64,000 nt of DNA from a virus. Below, piece by piece: positions 9,310 through 17,773 of the stretch (positions are counted from its first letter, which is position 1; the number at the start of each line of letters is the position of its first letter). The notes below the pieces were generated by a model that saw nothing but the letters and a program-made list of their open reading frames with translations, was not told the origin of the DNA and ran no database searches. The DNA is taken from IMG/VR virus record IMGVR_UViG_3300032245_001163; one strand, 5' to 3'. A program made the position numbers and the translations under genes.

Positions 9310-10430
9310 ATGTATTGGGCCAGTTCTGGGAATATCTGTTTAAAATTTAGTTCACGATACCGATCGTGCTCGTGCAAGTAGTGTTTAAAGTTGCCAAAAT
9401 GTTCACTGTCATCTGTGTTTTCGACCAGCCCTGCCCAGGTCTGTACATCAGGATGTTGGCTGGTTTTTAATTTATCTACAATCTGTTGCCGAGCATGTTT
9501 GGTCCACACTGTGGGTCTCATATGTGCAGGAGTATGTACTCTACCCACCCATGGTCTAGGCAGTCCTGCATTATAACACCATGTAAAAAATTCGTCAAGG
9601 TAATAGATATTGTAGGCACTCACAGTATGACTCACGCTGAGCCGAAAGTTTGGTAAATTTTGGCACTCCAAATACCTGGCCAAATTGGGTTGTATTTGAT
9701 TCCAGTCTCCAGGATAGCGAATATAATTGTACTGTTTGTCTATTCCGTCTATGCTCAATTGCATGTCGATCTCTTTGAAGTGCTGCCATAACTTCCACCA
9801 TTCTTGATCGGGCCATACTGTGATATTGGTAGTATAATGCAAAACAATGTTGGCAGCCTGGCCAGTGTCAACGTAATGTTGCAACAAGGCTTTTTGCTCT
9901 GCAACACCACTGAGAAAAGGTTCGCCGCCCGGGATATCAATGTGTACCAGTTGCGGAGCCACACCTACAAAGTCTTGTACAAAGTTGTTCTTGTAAAAAC
10001 GAAAATTCTTTATGTCTTTGAGATAAATGGTTTGATATTCTTGTTGCCACCTACTGCTGTTATACGGAGTACATGTGATGCAAGCAAGATTGCAAGTGTT
10101 GCCAAATGCTATACTTGCTGTAATAAAATTATGCTGTTCAAAATCATAGTCAGTGTAATGCTGTTGCCATCGTGTAAAATCTAACTGTCTCTTGCTTTCA
10201 ATATTGTTTTTTTCTTCAATTTGGCATCGAGTACATCCACTAGGCCACTGACCTTCTTGAAATTGTTGTTGTATAGATTTTAAAAAGGCACTATCACGAT
10301 ATTGTTGTATAGTGTGATTGCCAATGTTAAATTTTTCATCGTACGTATTGGTAAGAAATTTGCAACAAGGAGACATATCGCCTACTGGGCTGATATCAAT
10401 GTTGGTCCAAGGAGAAAAACAAAAAGGCAT
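9306..10430 (-). CDS. radical SAM protein with N-terminal twitch-like Cys cluster
   Basis: FCFSPW...PCC, CTRC, CNLACITC, GGEP; start at MPFC (10430) just after a promoter. Confidence 0.88.
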   Translation of the reverse strand: MPFCFSPWTNIDISPVGDMSPCCKFLTNTYDEKFNIGNHTIQQYRDSAFLKSIQQQFQEGQWPSGCTRCQIEEKNNIESKRQLDFTRWQQHYTDYDFEQHNFITASIAFGNTCNLACITCTPYNSSRWQQEYQTIYLKDIKNFRFYKNNFVQDFVGVAPQLVHIDIPGGEPFLSGVAEQKALLQHYVDTGQAANIVLHYTTNITVWPDQEWWKLWQHFKEIDMQLSIDGIDKQYNYIRYPGDWNQIQPNLARYLECQNLPNFRLSVSHTVSAYNIYYLDEFFTWCYNAGLPRPWVGRVHTPAHMRPTVWTKHARQQIVDKLKTSQHPDVQTWAGLVENTDDSEHFGNFKHYLHEHDRYRELNFKQIFPELAQYI

Positions 10431-10437
10431 ATTGTAT

Positions 10438-10466
10438 ATAGTAGCACATACACAAACGCAAGTCAA
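10438..10466 (-). promoter_or_regulatory. sigma70-type promoter, probably leaderless
   Basis: TTGACT-N17-TACTAT with TG extension; ATG 7 nt downstream. Confidence 0.6.
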
Positions 10467-10490
10467 AAAAACAGGCTCCGAAGAGCCTGT
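10465..10490 (-). terminator. Rho-independent terminator of the early transcript
   Basis: ACAGGCTC-TTCG-GAGCCTGT followed by a T run; cUUCGg tetraloop. Confidence 0.9.
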
Positions 10491-10497
10491 GTAAAAA

Positions 10498-10525
10498 CCC
10501 GGGGCGGAGCCAACCAATCCCCGGG
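10498..10525 (-). ncRNA. candidate structured RNA element: GC hairpin with anti-RBS loop
   Basis: CCCGGGG-ATTGGTTGGCTCCG-CCCCGGG; loop complementary to GGAGCCAAC at the early RBS. Confidence 0.5.
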
Positions 10526-10532
10526 GTAAATC

Positions 10533-10622
10533 TTATTCAAGTATCAGAATAACAAACGCTAACAAAAATGCTAAAAAGGGCTCACCTACTATTAGAAACA
10601 GTAGCACAATGAGCCACGCCAC
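10533..10622 (-). CDS. small hydrophobic membrane peptide (29 aa, not in ORF track)
   Basis: GTG 1 nt after the ATPase stop; MAWLIVLLFLIVGEPFLAFLLAFVILILE. Confidence 0.5.
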   Translation of the reverse strand: MAWLIVLLFLIVGEPFLAFLLAFVILILE

Positions 10623-10623
10623 G

Positions 10624-11652
10624 TTAGGCTGCCTTCATACATGTAGTTTCTGCAAGACGCTTCCAGTTGCCGGAAAAGCTCTTGCGCAAGTCTGCAATCT
10701 TCAGCGCCATACGCAAACTCATCTCACGCAAACGATTCTGATTTGCTTCCATGAACTCGATGATCTCGTCTTGCACACACTCTTCAAAATCATAGTCTGC
10801 AAACAACACACCATCTTTGGCAATTTGTTTGATACGCAATACTTTATCACGCATAGTATCCAGTGTCAAATCAAGATAATGACAGCGTGATTGCAATGCA
10901 TCCAAGTGATCACGCAACTTTTGGCTCTTCATTTGATCAAACTTCAAGTTGGTAATAAAGATCACTGAGCCTTTGAACTCGAAACGATCTGGGATGCCTT
11001 CACGGCGCAGAGTTGAAGACTCTGACAACCATGAAATGGTACGCTTCTTGCCGGAGTCCAGGGCACCCTTGAGCAAGTTCAAGGCCACGTCATCAAGCAA
11101 AATGCTGTCACAGTCATCAAACACCAACACACAGTTGTCGTCTGAGTATTTGTACAGGGCTTGATACAAACCAATGGGGGTCGCACTACCTTTGACAACT
11201 TCGGCACGGAGGCGCTTGCCTGCCAGTTTGTCAAACAGTGTAGCCTTTTCAATCTCTTGCTCAACGCCAAACGATTTGCCAACTCCGGGAGGACCTGACA
11301 CAATCATAGCACGGATGTCGCCGTTGACACAGGCTTTTGTCATCTCATGCAAGATGTCAAAACGCTCACGAATACGTGTCATAATTTGTTCTTCTGTTTC
11401 AGCCTCTACTTGGGGCTTGGCAAATGCCACTGTATTTTCTTTGCTCACTGCATCTCCATTGACATACTCGATGTCGCTAATGTTGTTGACTTTGATACGG
11501 ATGGTGTCGGGGCAGTTGGGAAATGCACCGTTGTTTTCTACTGTCACGAAATTCCCTTTGGCGCCAGATTGAAAGCCTGACACAAGATTGAAAGCGATGT
11601 TGCGCACGGGTTTGTTGCGATACTCACCACTAATAACACGAATTGCACTCAT
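10624..11652 (-). CDS. AAA+/P-loop ATPase (early gene)
   Basis: Walker A GPPGVGKS, Walker B LVFDD, IFITN sensor, SRC arginine finger; AAAGGAGCC RBS. Confidence 0.85.
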   Translation of the reverse strand: MSAIRVISGEYRNKPVRNIAFNLVSGFQSGAKGNFVTVENNGAFPNCPDTIRIKVNNISDIEYVNGDAVSKENTVAFAKPQVEAETEEQIMTRIRERFDILHEMTKACVNGDIRAMIVSGPPGVGKSFGVEQEIEKATLFDKLAGKRLRAEVVKGSATPIGLYQALYKYSDDNCVLVFDDCDSILLDDVALNLLKGALDSGKKRTISWLSESSTLRREGIPDRFEFKGSVIFITNLKFDQMKSQKLRDHLDALQSRCHYLDLTLDTMRDKVLRIKQIAKDGVLFADYDFEECVQDEIIEFMEANQNRLREMSLRMALKIADLRKSFSGNWKRLAETTCMKAA

Positions 11653-11695
11653 TGTTGGCTCCTTTGAAATGCGGTTGTTTACTGTTTATGTCTCT

Positions 11696-11724
11696 ATTAT
11701 AGCAAATAACGGATTATTGGTCAA
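11696..11724 (-). promoter_or_regulatory. early sigma70-type promoter
   Basis: TTGACC-N17-TATAAT. Confidence 0.85.
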
Positions 11725-11896
11725 CCGGGGCAAACAACTGTTGACCTTGTTGCATAAAAACAACAAACGCTTCCATTGTGCGTTCACTGTACATCATGCG
11801 ACCATTTTTTTGAATGTCTTGCAGTGTTTCCAACAGGCCCATGCCCTGGAAATCTGCTTCTTTTTGGATTTGTTTGATTGCTGTGGTGATCTGCAT
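11714..11896 (-). CDS. small early hypothetical protein
   Basis: 60 aa; own promoter and AAAAAGGAGCC RBS. Confidence 0.75.
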   Translation of the reverse strand: MQITTAIKQIQKEADFQGMGLLETLQDIQKNGRMMYSERTMEAFVVFMQQGQQLFAPVDQ

Positions 11897-11899
11897 TGT

Positions 11900-11931
11900 G
11901 GCTCCTTTTTGCTTTGTATGCCATTATTATA
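11900..11931. repeat. 32-nt promoter/leader direct repeat, copy 1
   Basis: ggctcctttttgctttgtatgccattattata, identical to 12194-12225. Confidence 0.9.
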
Positions 11932-11954
11932 GCATTTTGGGGATTATTGGTCAA
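11926..11954 (-). promoter_or_regulatory. early sigma70-type promoter
   Basis: TTGACC-N17-TATAAT. Confidence 0.85.
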
Positions 11955-11965
11955 CCAAAAAAGTA

Positions 11966-11983
11966 GTACTACCTAAGTATTAC
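11966..11983. promoter_or_regulatory. candidate operator GTANTAC-N4-GTANTAC
   Basis: gtactacctaagtattac, identical to 12249-12266; upstream of the -35 box. Confidence 0.55.
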
Positions 11984-12189
11984 TTTTTGAACTGTTCAAA
12001 GAAACGGGTGTTGATCTCGTCCATTTCTGCCTGCTCCACATAGAAGTCAGTAGTAGGATCGTAGTACTGGCCTGCCTTGTTGTCATAATACAACACACGA
12101 CCTGAGAAGTTGAATGGGCCTTCCAGTCCTTTGCGAGGACCATATTTGTTGCGCATCACGTCTATGGTGTCAACTACACGATATCCCAT
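11980..12189 (-). CDS. small early hypothetical protein
   Basis: 69 aa; LYYD...QYYDP aromatic repeats; own promoter and GGAGCC RBS. Confidence 0.75.
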   Translation of the reverse strand: MGYRVVDTIDVMRNKYGPRKGLEGPFNFSGRVLYYDNKAGQYYDPTTDFYVEQAEMDEINTRFFEQFKK

Positions 12190-12193
12190 GTCT

Positions 12194-12225
12194 GGCTCCT
12201 TTTTGCTTTGTATGCCATTATTATA
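12194..12225. repeat. 32-nt promoter/leader direct repeat, copy 2
   Basis: Identical to 11900-11931. Confidence 0.9.
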
Positions 12226-12248
12226 ACAAAAAGGTAAATTCTGGTCAA
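12220..12248 (-). promoter_or_regulatory. early sigma70-type promoter
   Basis: TTGACC-N17-TATAAT. Confidence 0.85.
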
Positions 12249-12266
12249 GTACTACCTAAGTATTAC
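12249..12266. promoter_or_regulatory. candidate operator GTANTAC-N4-GTANTAC
   Basis: Abuts the -35 box; identical to 11966-11983. Confidence 0.55.
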
Positions 12267-12267
12267 C

Positions 12268-13017
12268 TTAGCACCAGTTGTTTGCAATCACAGGGTCTGA
12301 TGTACATTCATGCGGCTTGGGACGGCCGTGAAATACCAAGATGCTGGTGTCGCCACCAATGTAGGCATTTGCTCCGGCACCGGGTGCATTGGGTTTTTTT
12401 GTGGCAAAGTTGTACCCGCCGTCTTGCACTTGCCAACGCCAACTTTGTAAGTGTTGTTGATCAAAATATCTGCGCTGGTTGGGATCAATTGCTATGCCTA
12501 AGTAATCTTGATCGCCGGGGTACTTAACCACAGTTCGATTGATATCCAGTTGATCAAACTCATTCCACACATGCGCATACCGGGCAACATTCCACCACAT
12601 CACACTGGAGTTCATGCCTGAATAACTTTTGCGTTGGAGATATCTAAAGTCTCTAATGGTCCAAAAACATTCTGTGCTCAGTGCTGGTATCCAACTTAGA
12701 TCATTTATGATCACACAATCAAGATCAAAATACAATAGATTACCTGCGTGATGTTCAGGATTGAACAACTGCATTTTGTACCACCACTCACGTTTGGGTC
12801 CACCAATCCCAGGCCATTCTTTTAGCGAGTGTTTGATCATGTGTGGCGGCACAGGTCTATCATGCTCGGTATACACATGAAAACGTATGCCATGTTGTAA
12901 ATTTCTCGACAGCATGTTATACAGTTTTTCTACATACACCCATTCATAACCAGTGCCATGTATCACACATGCACAATCAGTTATTGAGTCAGTGCGGGCT
13001 CGATTCTTTTTAGCCAT
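12268..13017 (-). CDS. GT-A glycosyltransferase (GT8-like)
   Basis: LYFDLD (DxD), NSSVM, GDQDY, VFHGRPKP. Confidence 0.8.
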   Translation of the reverse strand: MAKKNRARTDSITDCACVIHGTGYEWVYVEKLYNMLSRNLQHGIRFHVYTEHDRPVPPHMIKHSLKEWPGIGGPKREWWYKMQLFNPEHHAGNLLYFDLDCVIINDLSWIPALSTECFWTIRDFRYLQRKSYSGMNSSVMWWNVARYAHVWNEFDQLDINRTVVKYPGDQDYLGIAIDPNQRRYFDQQHLQSWRWQVQDGGYNFATKKPNAPGAGANAYIGGDTSILVFHGRPKPHECTSDPVIANNWC

Positions 13018-13832
13018 AGTCCTTGTCTCAATTCTTCCACAGTGTATTCAGTGTGGCATATCTGCACCAACCACAATTCCCTGTCTATGTCATAGGGTTG
13101 TTCAATATCAGGCATACCCACTGCCACAGGATATGCAAGACTGCTGTGTGCCACAATGGGTCTGCAACCTGCAATGCCTGCTTGTATGCCCGGTCCTGAG
13201 TTGTGATTTACCACAGCATGGCAGTTAAAGTGCATGTCAAAACTGTCGTAAGTGTTGACCACTGGCCGCGCAACTTCCATTGTGGTATTCTCAGGCATGT
13301 ATGGCATGCGCAAGGGTGAGCGTGGGTGCGCACGTATGCGTATAGGGCGATCAGTAGAGTTGCGTAGTTGTTGAATTTGCATCAGTACCCACGATTCCAT
13401 GCTACCAAGCCCGGCTACTTGTAAACTGTTACGATGTTGTGCGGCAACAATAATTTCAGGACCAGGATTGACTTGTGTGGCCAAACTTATCTGCAACTTT
13501 CGAGGACGATCCCAATCCAAATTGTCATAATGCCCGTAGTAGCCATCTCTGGTGATATGGTTTACAGCCAGTTTCCAAGTCTGTCCACGATACAGCGCAC
13601 CAATGTCTATCACAATCACCGGTCGGTTTTGCTTGCGGTAATGCTCGTAGACCCCTTGGTTGGTCTTCATCCTGCCATGCCACAACACTGACCATATCAC
13701 TGCGGCATCAGCAGTCATGGAATTCTCTTGTGTTTGTATGCCCGCGGCTTGACAGCAGTCTAAAAACGCTGACATCACAGGCTTGCTGTTCAATGCACAT
13801 TGGGCAGGAAAATAGGCTATGGATTTTATCAC
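12981..13832 (-). CDS. GT-B / capsule-biosynthesis-like transferase, paralog 1
   Basis: IRAHP, NHNSGPGIQAGIAG, DRELWL; probable GTG start at 13832 (track 13868). Confidence 0.6.
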   Translation of the reverse strand: MIKSIAYFPAQCALNSKPVMSAFLDCCQAAGIQTQENSMTADAAVIWSVLWHGRMKTNQGVYEHYRKQNRPVIVIDIGALYRGQTWKLAVNHITRDGYYGHYDNLDWDRPRKLQISLATQVNPGPEIIVAAQHRNSLQVAGLGSMESWVLMQIQQLRNSTDRPIRIRAHPRSPLRMPYMPENTTMEVARPVVNTYDSFDMHFNCHAVVNHNSGPGIQAGIAGCRPIVAHSSLAYPVAVGMPDIEQPYDIDRELWLVQICHTEYTVEELRQGLWLKRIEPALTQ

Positions 13833-13834
13833 TG

Positions 13835-13840
13835 TAAATA
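13835..13840 (+). promoter_or_regulatory. late promoter core TAAATA
   Basis: T4-like late -10 element 5 nt before ATG 13846. Confidence 0.65.
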
Positions 13841-13845
13841 CGCTT

Positions 13846-14628
13846 ATGAAATACACTGTATGTACCACTTTTAATGCCGAAGGCTACAAGACTTACGGCC
13901 AGCGAATGATTCAGACTTTTTTGCAGACATGGCCTCGAGATATCATGCTCAAAGTCTACGCCGAAGGCTGCCAAATAACTGAATCTGCACCCAATTTGCA
14001 AGTATTGGATTTGGAAGGTGTCAGTGCAGACCTTGTGGCATTCAAAAACAAATGGCGCAATGTGCCCAAAGCCAATGGCAACATTGGTCCTGGCAGCGAA
14101 CGCAAAGCATTCAAATGGCAAGCAGTGCGTTTTGCTCACAAAGTATATGCCATATTTCATGCTGCCAAAAACTGCAATACAGATTGGTTGATTTGGATGG
14201 ATGCTGACATGGTATGCCATAGCCCAATCACTGTGCCGCGTATTGCACAGTTCTTTCCAGATGATAGAGAATTGTGTTATGCAGGCCGTAGCAACAAGTT
14301 TACCGAATGTGGACTGTATGGCATGAACTTGCGGCGTGAACCTGTACAAAAGTTCCTCACAGAGTTCCAACGCATGTATGACGATGCTGAAAATGGTATC
14401 TTTACCTTGAGTGAATGGCACGATAGTTATGTTTTTGATGATGTTAAAAATCGCAGTGGCCTAGCAGAACTCAATTGGTCAGCAGGCTTGATCAATGGCG
14501 AAGGTCATCCCTTGATCAACTGCGAATGGGGTGCCTACATTGACCACCTCAAAGGCAAGCGCAAAGGCGATGGACGCAGTAAATTAAAAGACCTTGTGGT
14601 TCGACGCACTGAAAAATACTGGCAATGA
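13846..14628 (+). CDS. GT-A nucleotide-diphospho-sugar transferase
   Basis: RFAHKVYA, LIWMDAD (DxD), ECG, WHDSYVFD, HLKG. Confidence 0.75.
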   Translation: MKYTVCTTFNAEGYKTYGQRMIQTFLQTWPRDIMLKVYAEGCQITESAPNLQVLDLEGVSADLVAFKNKWRNVPKANGNIGPGSERKAFKWQAVRFAHKVYAIFHAAKNCNTDWLIWMDADMVCHSPITVPRIAQFFPDDRELCYAGRSNKFTECGLYGMNLRREPVQKFLTEFQRMYDDAENGIFTLSEWHDSYVFDDVKNRSGLAELNWSAGLINGEGHPLINCEWGAYIDHLKGKRKGDGRSKLKDLVVRRTEKYWQ

Positions 14629-15428
14629 TATTTTTAAGCAAGAACGGTGATGATGAATACATCGACATGTATGCACATGGGCTCGGGCTTGAGAGTACAC
14701 CACTAGAGTCATGGCGCTATGAGGACAGCACAGAGCCATTGATGCTGCGTGGTATAATGAAACACAAGATCATCAAGCAGTGCTGGGAGGACAAGCGTCC
14801 ATTTAGATACATGGACTCTGGATATCTAGGCAATCGCCCTGGTTATCAAAATCCTCACGGTTGGAAACATTGGCATAGAATAGTGCCCAACAATTTACAA
14901 CATGATCAGGTCATTCCGCGTCCCAGTGATCGGTGGAATCAACTAGGATTGGAAGTGGCCAATCGCCGTCGTGGCAGCACAATATTGATTGTTGCTCCTG
15001 ATGAAAAGCCTTGCAAATTCTACGACATAGAACTGGATGCATGGCTGTCAGAAACCGTTGCCACTATCAAACAACACACTGATAGGCCCATTGTGATACG
15101 TGAACGCAACAAGAGTCGCACAGATAGAAAAAACAATCGTGTGGAAAAAGCTCTAGATGATGTGCATGCTGTGGTAACATTTAATTCAATAGCAGGCACA
15201 GAAGCCATCTTGGCAGGTGTACCTGTATTTGCCTTGGCACCCAGCAATGCTGCTAGACCAGTGAGCAACACAGACTTGACTCGCATAGATAATCCGTGGT
15301 TTCCGGATAGAGATGAGATACTGGCTTGGGCATATCATTTGGCCTATGCTCAGTTTCACATAGACGAATTCAAGAACGGACGAGCAGAACGCATACTTAA
15401 ACAAACAGAGGAGATACTAAGTGCATGA
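14625..15428 (+). CDS. GT-B / capsule-biosynthesis-like transferase, paralog 2
   Basis: YMDSGYLG, VVTFNSIAGTEAILAGVP, LAYAQF. Confidence 0.6.
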   Translation: MIFLSKNGDDEYIDMYAHGLGLESTPLESWRYEDSTEPLMLRGIMKHKIIKQCWEDKRPFRYMDSGYLGNRPGYQNPHGWKHWHRIVPNNLQHDQVIPRPSDRWNQLGLEVANRRRGSTILIVAPDEKPCKFYDIELDAWLSETVATIKQHTDRPIVIRERNKSRTDRKNNRVEKALDDVHAVVTFNSIAGTEAILAGVPVFALAPSNAARPVSNTDLTRIDNPWFPDRDEILAWAYHLAYAQFHIDEFKNGRAERILKQTEEILSA

Positions 15429-16071
15429 ATACCAAGGGTGGTGGTTCCCAGATGCTGAATCACATTTTCCAAAGATGCTGAAGAAAAGCATAGACAAAGG
15501 CGGACCTGCTGAATATCAATACCAAGTGCGAGATCGTAGCATGACACATACCAAGCGGCGCGGTGTTGCACTAGATATTGGCGCTAATGTAGGTCTATGG
15601 AGTCGTAGTCTTTGCCGGAACTTCCGCACTGTGTTGGCTTTTGAGCCTGTGGCCATGTTTAGAGAATGTTTGATCAAGAACGTATCTGCAGACAATTTGC
15701 AAGTAAAAGACTTTGCACTAGGAGACAAGCAGACCCGCGCCACAATGATCATCACCGAAGGCAATACTGGCCATACACACATTGATCCTGCTACCTTGGG
15801 CACAGGTGAAACTCAAGTATATAGATTAGATGATTTAGAGTTGGATGAAGTAGACTATATCAAAATGGACTGTGAAGGCTACGAGTATCGCATACTACAA
15901 GGTGCCGAAGAGACTATCAAGAGATGCCGGCCTGTTGTAGTAGTAGAACAGAAGCCACACGATGCTTACAGTGATCAGTACGGACAACATGCTGCCATTG
16001 AACTCATGAAGTCATGGGGCATGGTCAGATTGGACCAAGTCAAAGATGATTGGATCATGGGTTGGAAGTAA
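15421..16071 (+). CDS. FkbM-family methyltransferase
   Basis: LDIGANVG, AFEP, IKMDCEGYE...LQGA, RPVVVVE. Confidence 0.9.
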   Translation: MHEYQGWWFPDAESHFPKMLKKSIDKGGPAEYQYQVRDRSMTHTKRRGVALDIGANVGLWSRSLCRNFRTVLAFEPVAMFRECLIKNVSADNLQVKDFALGDKQTRATMIITEGNTGHTHIDPATLGTGETQVYRLDDLELDEVDYIKMDCEGYEYRILQGAEETIKRCRPVVVVEQKPHDAYSDQYGQHAAIELMKSWGMVRLDQVKDDWIMGWK

Positions 16072-16859
16072 AGTACGCATGGTCGCCAGCAGTCAAAGGT
16101 GACTATGAAAAATGGTCTTTGGAACCCTGGCGGCTCAAAGGATTAGAAACATTTGATCTAATAGAGGACATTCCTGAAGATTATGTACTGGTTGTCAGCC
16201 ATTTTGCTCCGTGGTGGAGCCCACTTAAAGAATGGATTGCTGCCGGACGTGCTTGGATTGAAATAGAGTTTGGCTACTGGGGCGACAACGAGCCCAGGCG
16301 CAACACTCGTCGAGTTACATACTGCGGACATCACAATCTCAACATGCGCACTAGACCTTGGCCAAGGTCTCAATTGTTTGATGAGCCACGTGCCTTGCAG
16401 TCCTGGCGCACCATGCCTGGCAAATATGTTGTAATTCCCAAACCCATAAAAGAAATACTACAGCAACGTACCGGAGAAGATATTGTGGAATGGTGTGAAA
16501 AAATGGAAAGCATTGTTCGCACACACTGGGATGGCGAGATTGTATGGCGTAGCAAAGGCAGTAGCAAACCAGGGCGCTGGAACAGTTTTGTACGACTATT
16601 AGACGATGCACATGCTGTGGTAGGTGATCGAACCATGGCCTGTGTAGAAGCAGTGCTGTTAGGTGTACCAGCTTACACTATCGATGACAGTATGACCACC
16701 TTGCTCATGGGCGGAGTTGAAAACTTGGGCAACATTCAACATCCAGATAGATCTGACTGGTGGGATCACATTTGCTGGAGTCAATTTAATATTTGGGAAT
16801 TCACTGATTGCGCTGAATCTGTGGCTGACTTAGTAGAATCCTATCAAATTTACAAATAA
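16050..16859 (+). CDS. GT-B / capsule-biosynthesis-like transferase, paralog 3
   Basis: IEFGYWG, ACVEAVLLGVP, DRSDWW..ICWSQF; start uncertain. Confidence 0.55.
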   Translation: MDHGLEVKYAWSPAVKGDYEKWSLEPWRLKGLETFDLIEDIPEDYVLVVSHFAPWWSPLKEWIAAGRAWIEIEFGYWGDNEPRRNTRRVTYCGHHNLNMRTRPWPRSQLFDEPRALQSWRTMPGKYVVIPKPIKEILQQRTGEDIVEWCEKMESIVRTHWDGEIVWRSKGSSKPGRWNSFVRLLDDAHAVVGDRTMACVEAVLLGVPAYTIDDSMTTLLMGGVENLGNIQHPDRSDWWDHICWSQFNIWEFTDCAESVADLVESYQIYK

Positions 16860-17773
16860 GGCAAAAACTTTTGATAGATGCGACCTGCACGAGCATCTTC
16901 ATCACTCCAGTGTGCAGCCGCCAAGTCATATGCCCATTGTTCTCTTGAAAAAGTGTCTGGGGTCTCAATTTTAGAGACATCTTTGTTGGCTACACCCCAG
17001 GCCACACAACTACTATCATCTGCAAACACAGGAATACCTTCGCACACTGCTGCCACACTGGCTGAGCTGTTGAAAAACACTGCTGAATGTGCTCCTTGCA
17101 AGTTGTCAACTAATCTACTGTGTGTGGGTTCAAGTATGACCACGTTTTGTCTCTTGCCCATTTTGCTGGTATATGCAGCAAAATCTGTCATGTTGTACTG
17201 CCCTGGATGTGGGCGAACATATATTTGTCTACTGCTTACTGCTCTGATTTGATGAATTTTTTCGTGCAACCAAGTTATTGGATCCAGGGTTTTCATTGCA
17301 AATCCACCATCTCGTTGCATACAGATCAAAATGTGTCCTGCAGCATTAGTCCGTGCTGGTTTTAACTGCACTCCCAAGTTGCGACTTATCTCCAACCATT
17401 TTGATGCATCGCTATTTTTGTTAGCATACTCAGCACGATCATAAAATGGCCCGTTAAGGCTATATCTCAAATAACTGCCATGATCATCAAGATACTTCCA
17501 GCAGCTGGCATCTATGCACATGGTTTGAAACCCCAGTCTGCGCTGTTCAGGTATGATTTGTTTTCGCAAGGTGATGTTGCGTCCACCTGTGTTGGTAGTG
17601 GCCCAGCCCAGAATCACCGCCAACTTACTGGGTGTGTACTTGTGTTCCCATTCTACTCGAACTGTGTGTCCAGTTGCTCTTACTCCGTCGGCAAAACTTT
17701 CCAGGCATTGTATTTTCCTAGAATGTTTCTGTGGATTGGCCACTGAACTGATGTAAACAACTACATCAACCAC
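16850..17773 (-). CDS. GT-B / capsule-biosynthesis-like transferase, paralog 4
   Basis: VRPHP, FFNSSASVAAVCEGIP, REQWAYDLAAAHW; probable GTG start at 17773 (track 17800). Confidence 0.62.
   Translation of the reverse strand: MVDVVVYISSVANPQKHSRKIQCLESFADGVRATGHTVRVEWEHKYTPSKLAVILGWATTNTGGRNITLRKQIIPEQRRLGFQTMCIDASCWKYLDDHGSYLRYSLNGPFYDRAEYANKNSDASKWLEISRNLGVQLKPARTNAAGHILICMQRDGGFAMKTLDPITWLHEKIHQIRAVSSRQIYVRPHPGQYNMTDFAAYTSKMGKRQNVVILEPTHSRLVDNLQGAHSAVFFNSSASVAAVCEGIPVFADDSSCVAWGVANKDVSKIETPDTFSREQWAYDLAAAHWSDEDARAGRIYQKFLPYL

Noticed and set aside
10431-10517. N-terminal extension of the rSAM in the ORF track
   Set aside because: It runs through the hairpin, terminator and promoter; the ATG at 10430 fits better.
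10465-10622. Type I toxin-antitoxin reading of the hydrophobic peptide plus hairpins
   Set aside because: No convergent antisense promoter was seen, and the loop pairs with the ATPase RBS rather than the peptide's start.
11900-12266. 32-nt direct repeats as a possible CRISPR array
   Set aside because: Only two copies, about 290 nt apart, each comprising a -10 box and RBS; no cas genes.
13708-14421. 237-aa minus-strand ORF
   Set aside because: It overlaps a motif-bearing glycosyltransferase on the opposite strand and has no recognisable features.
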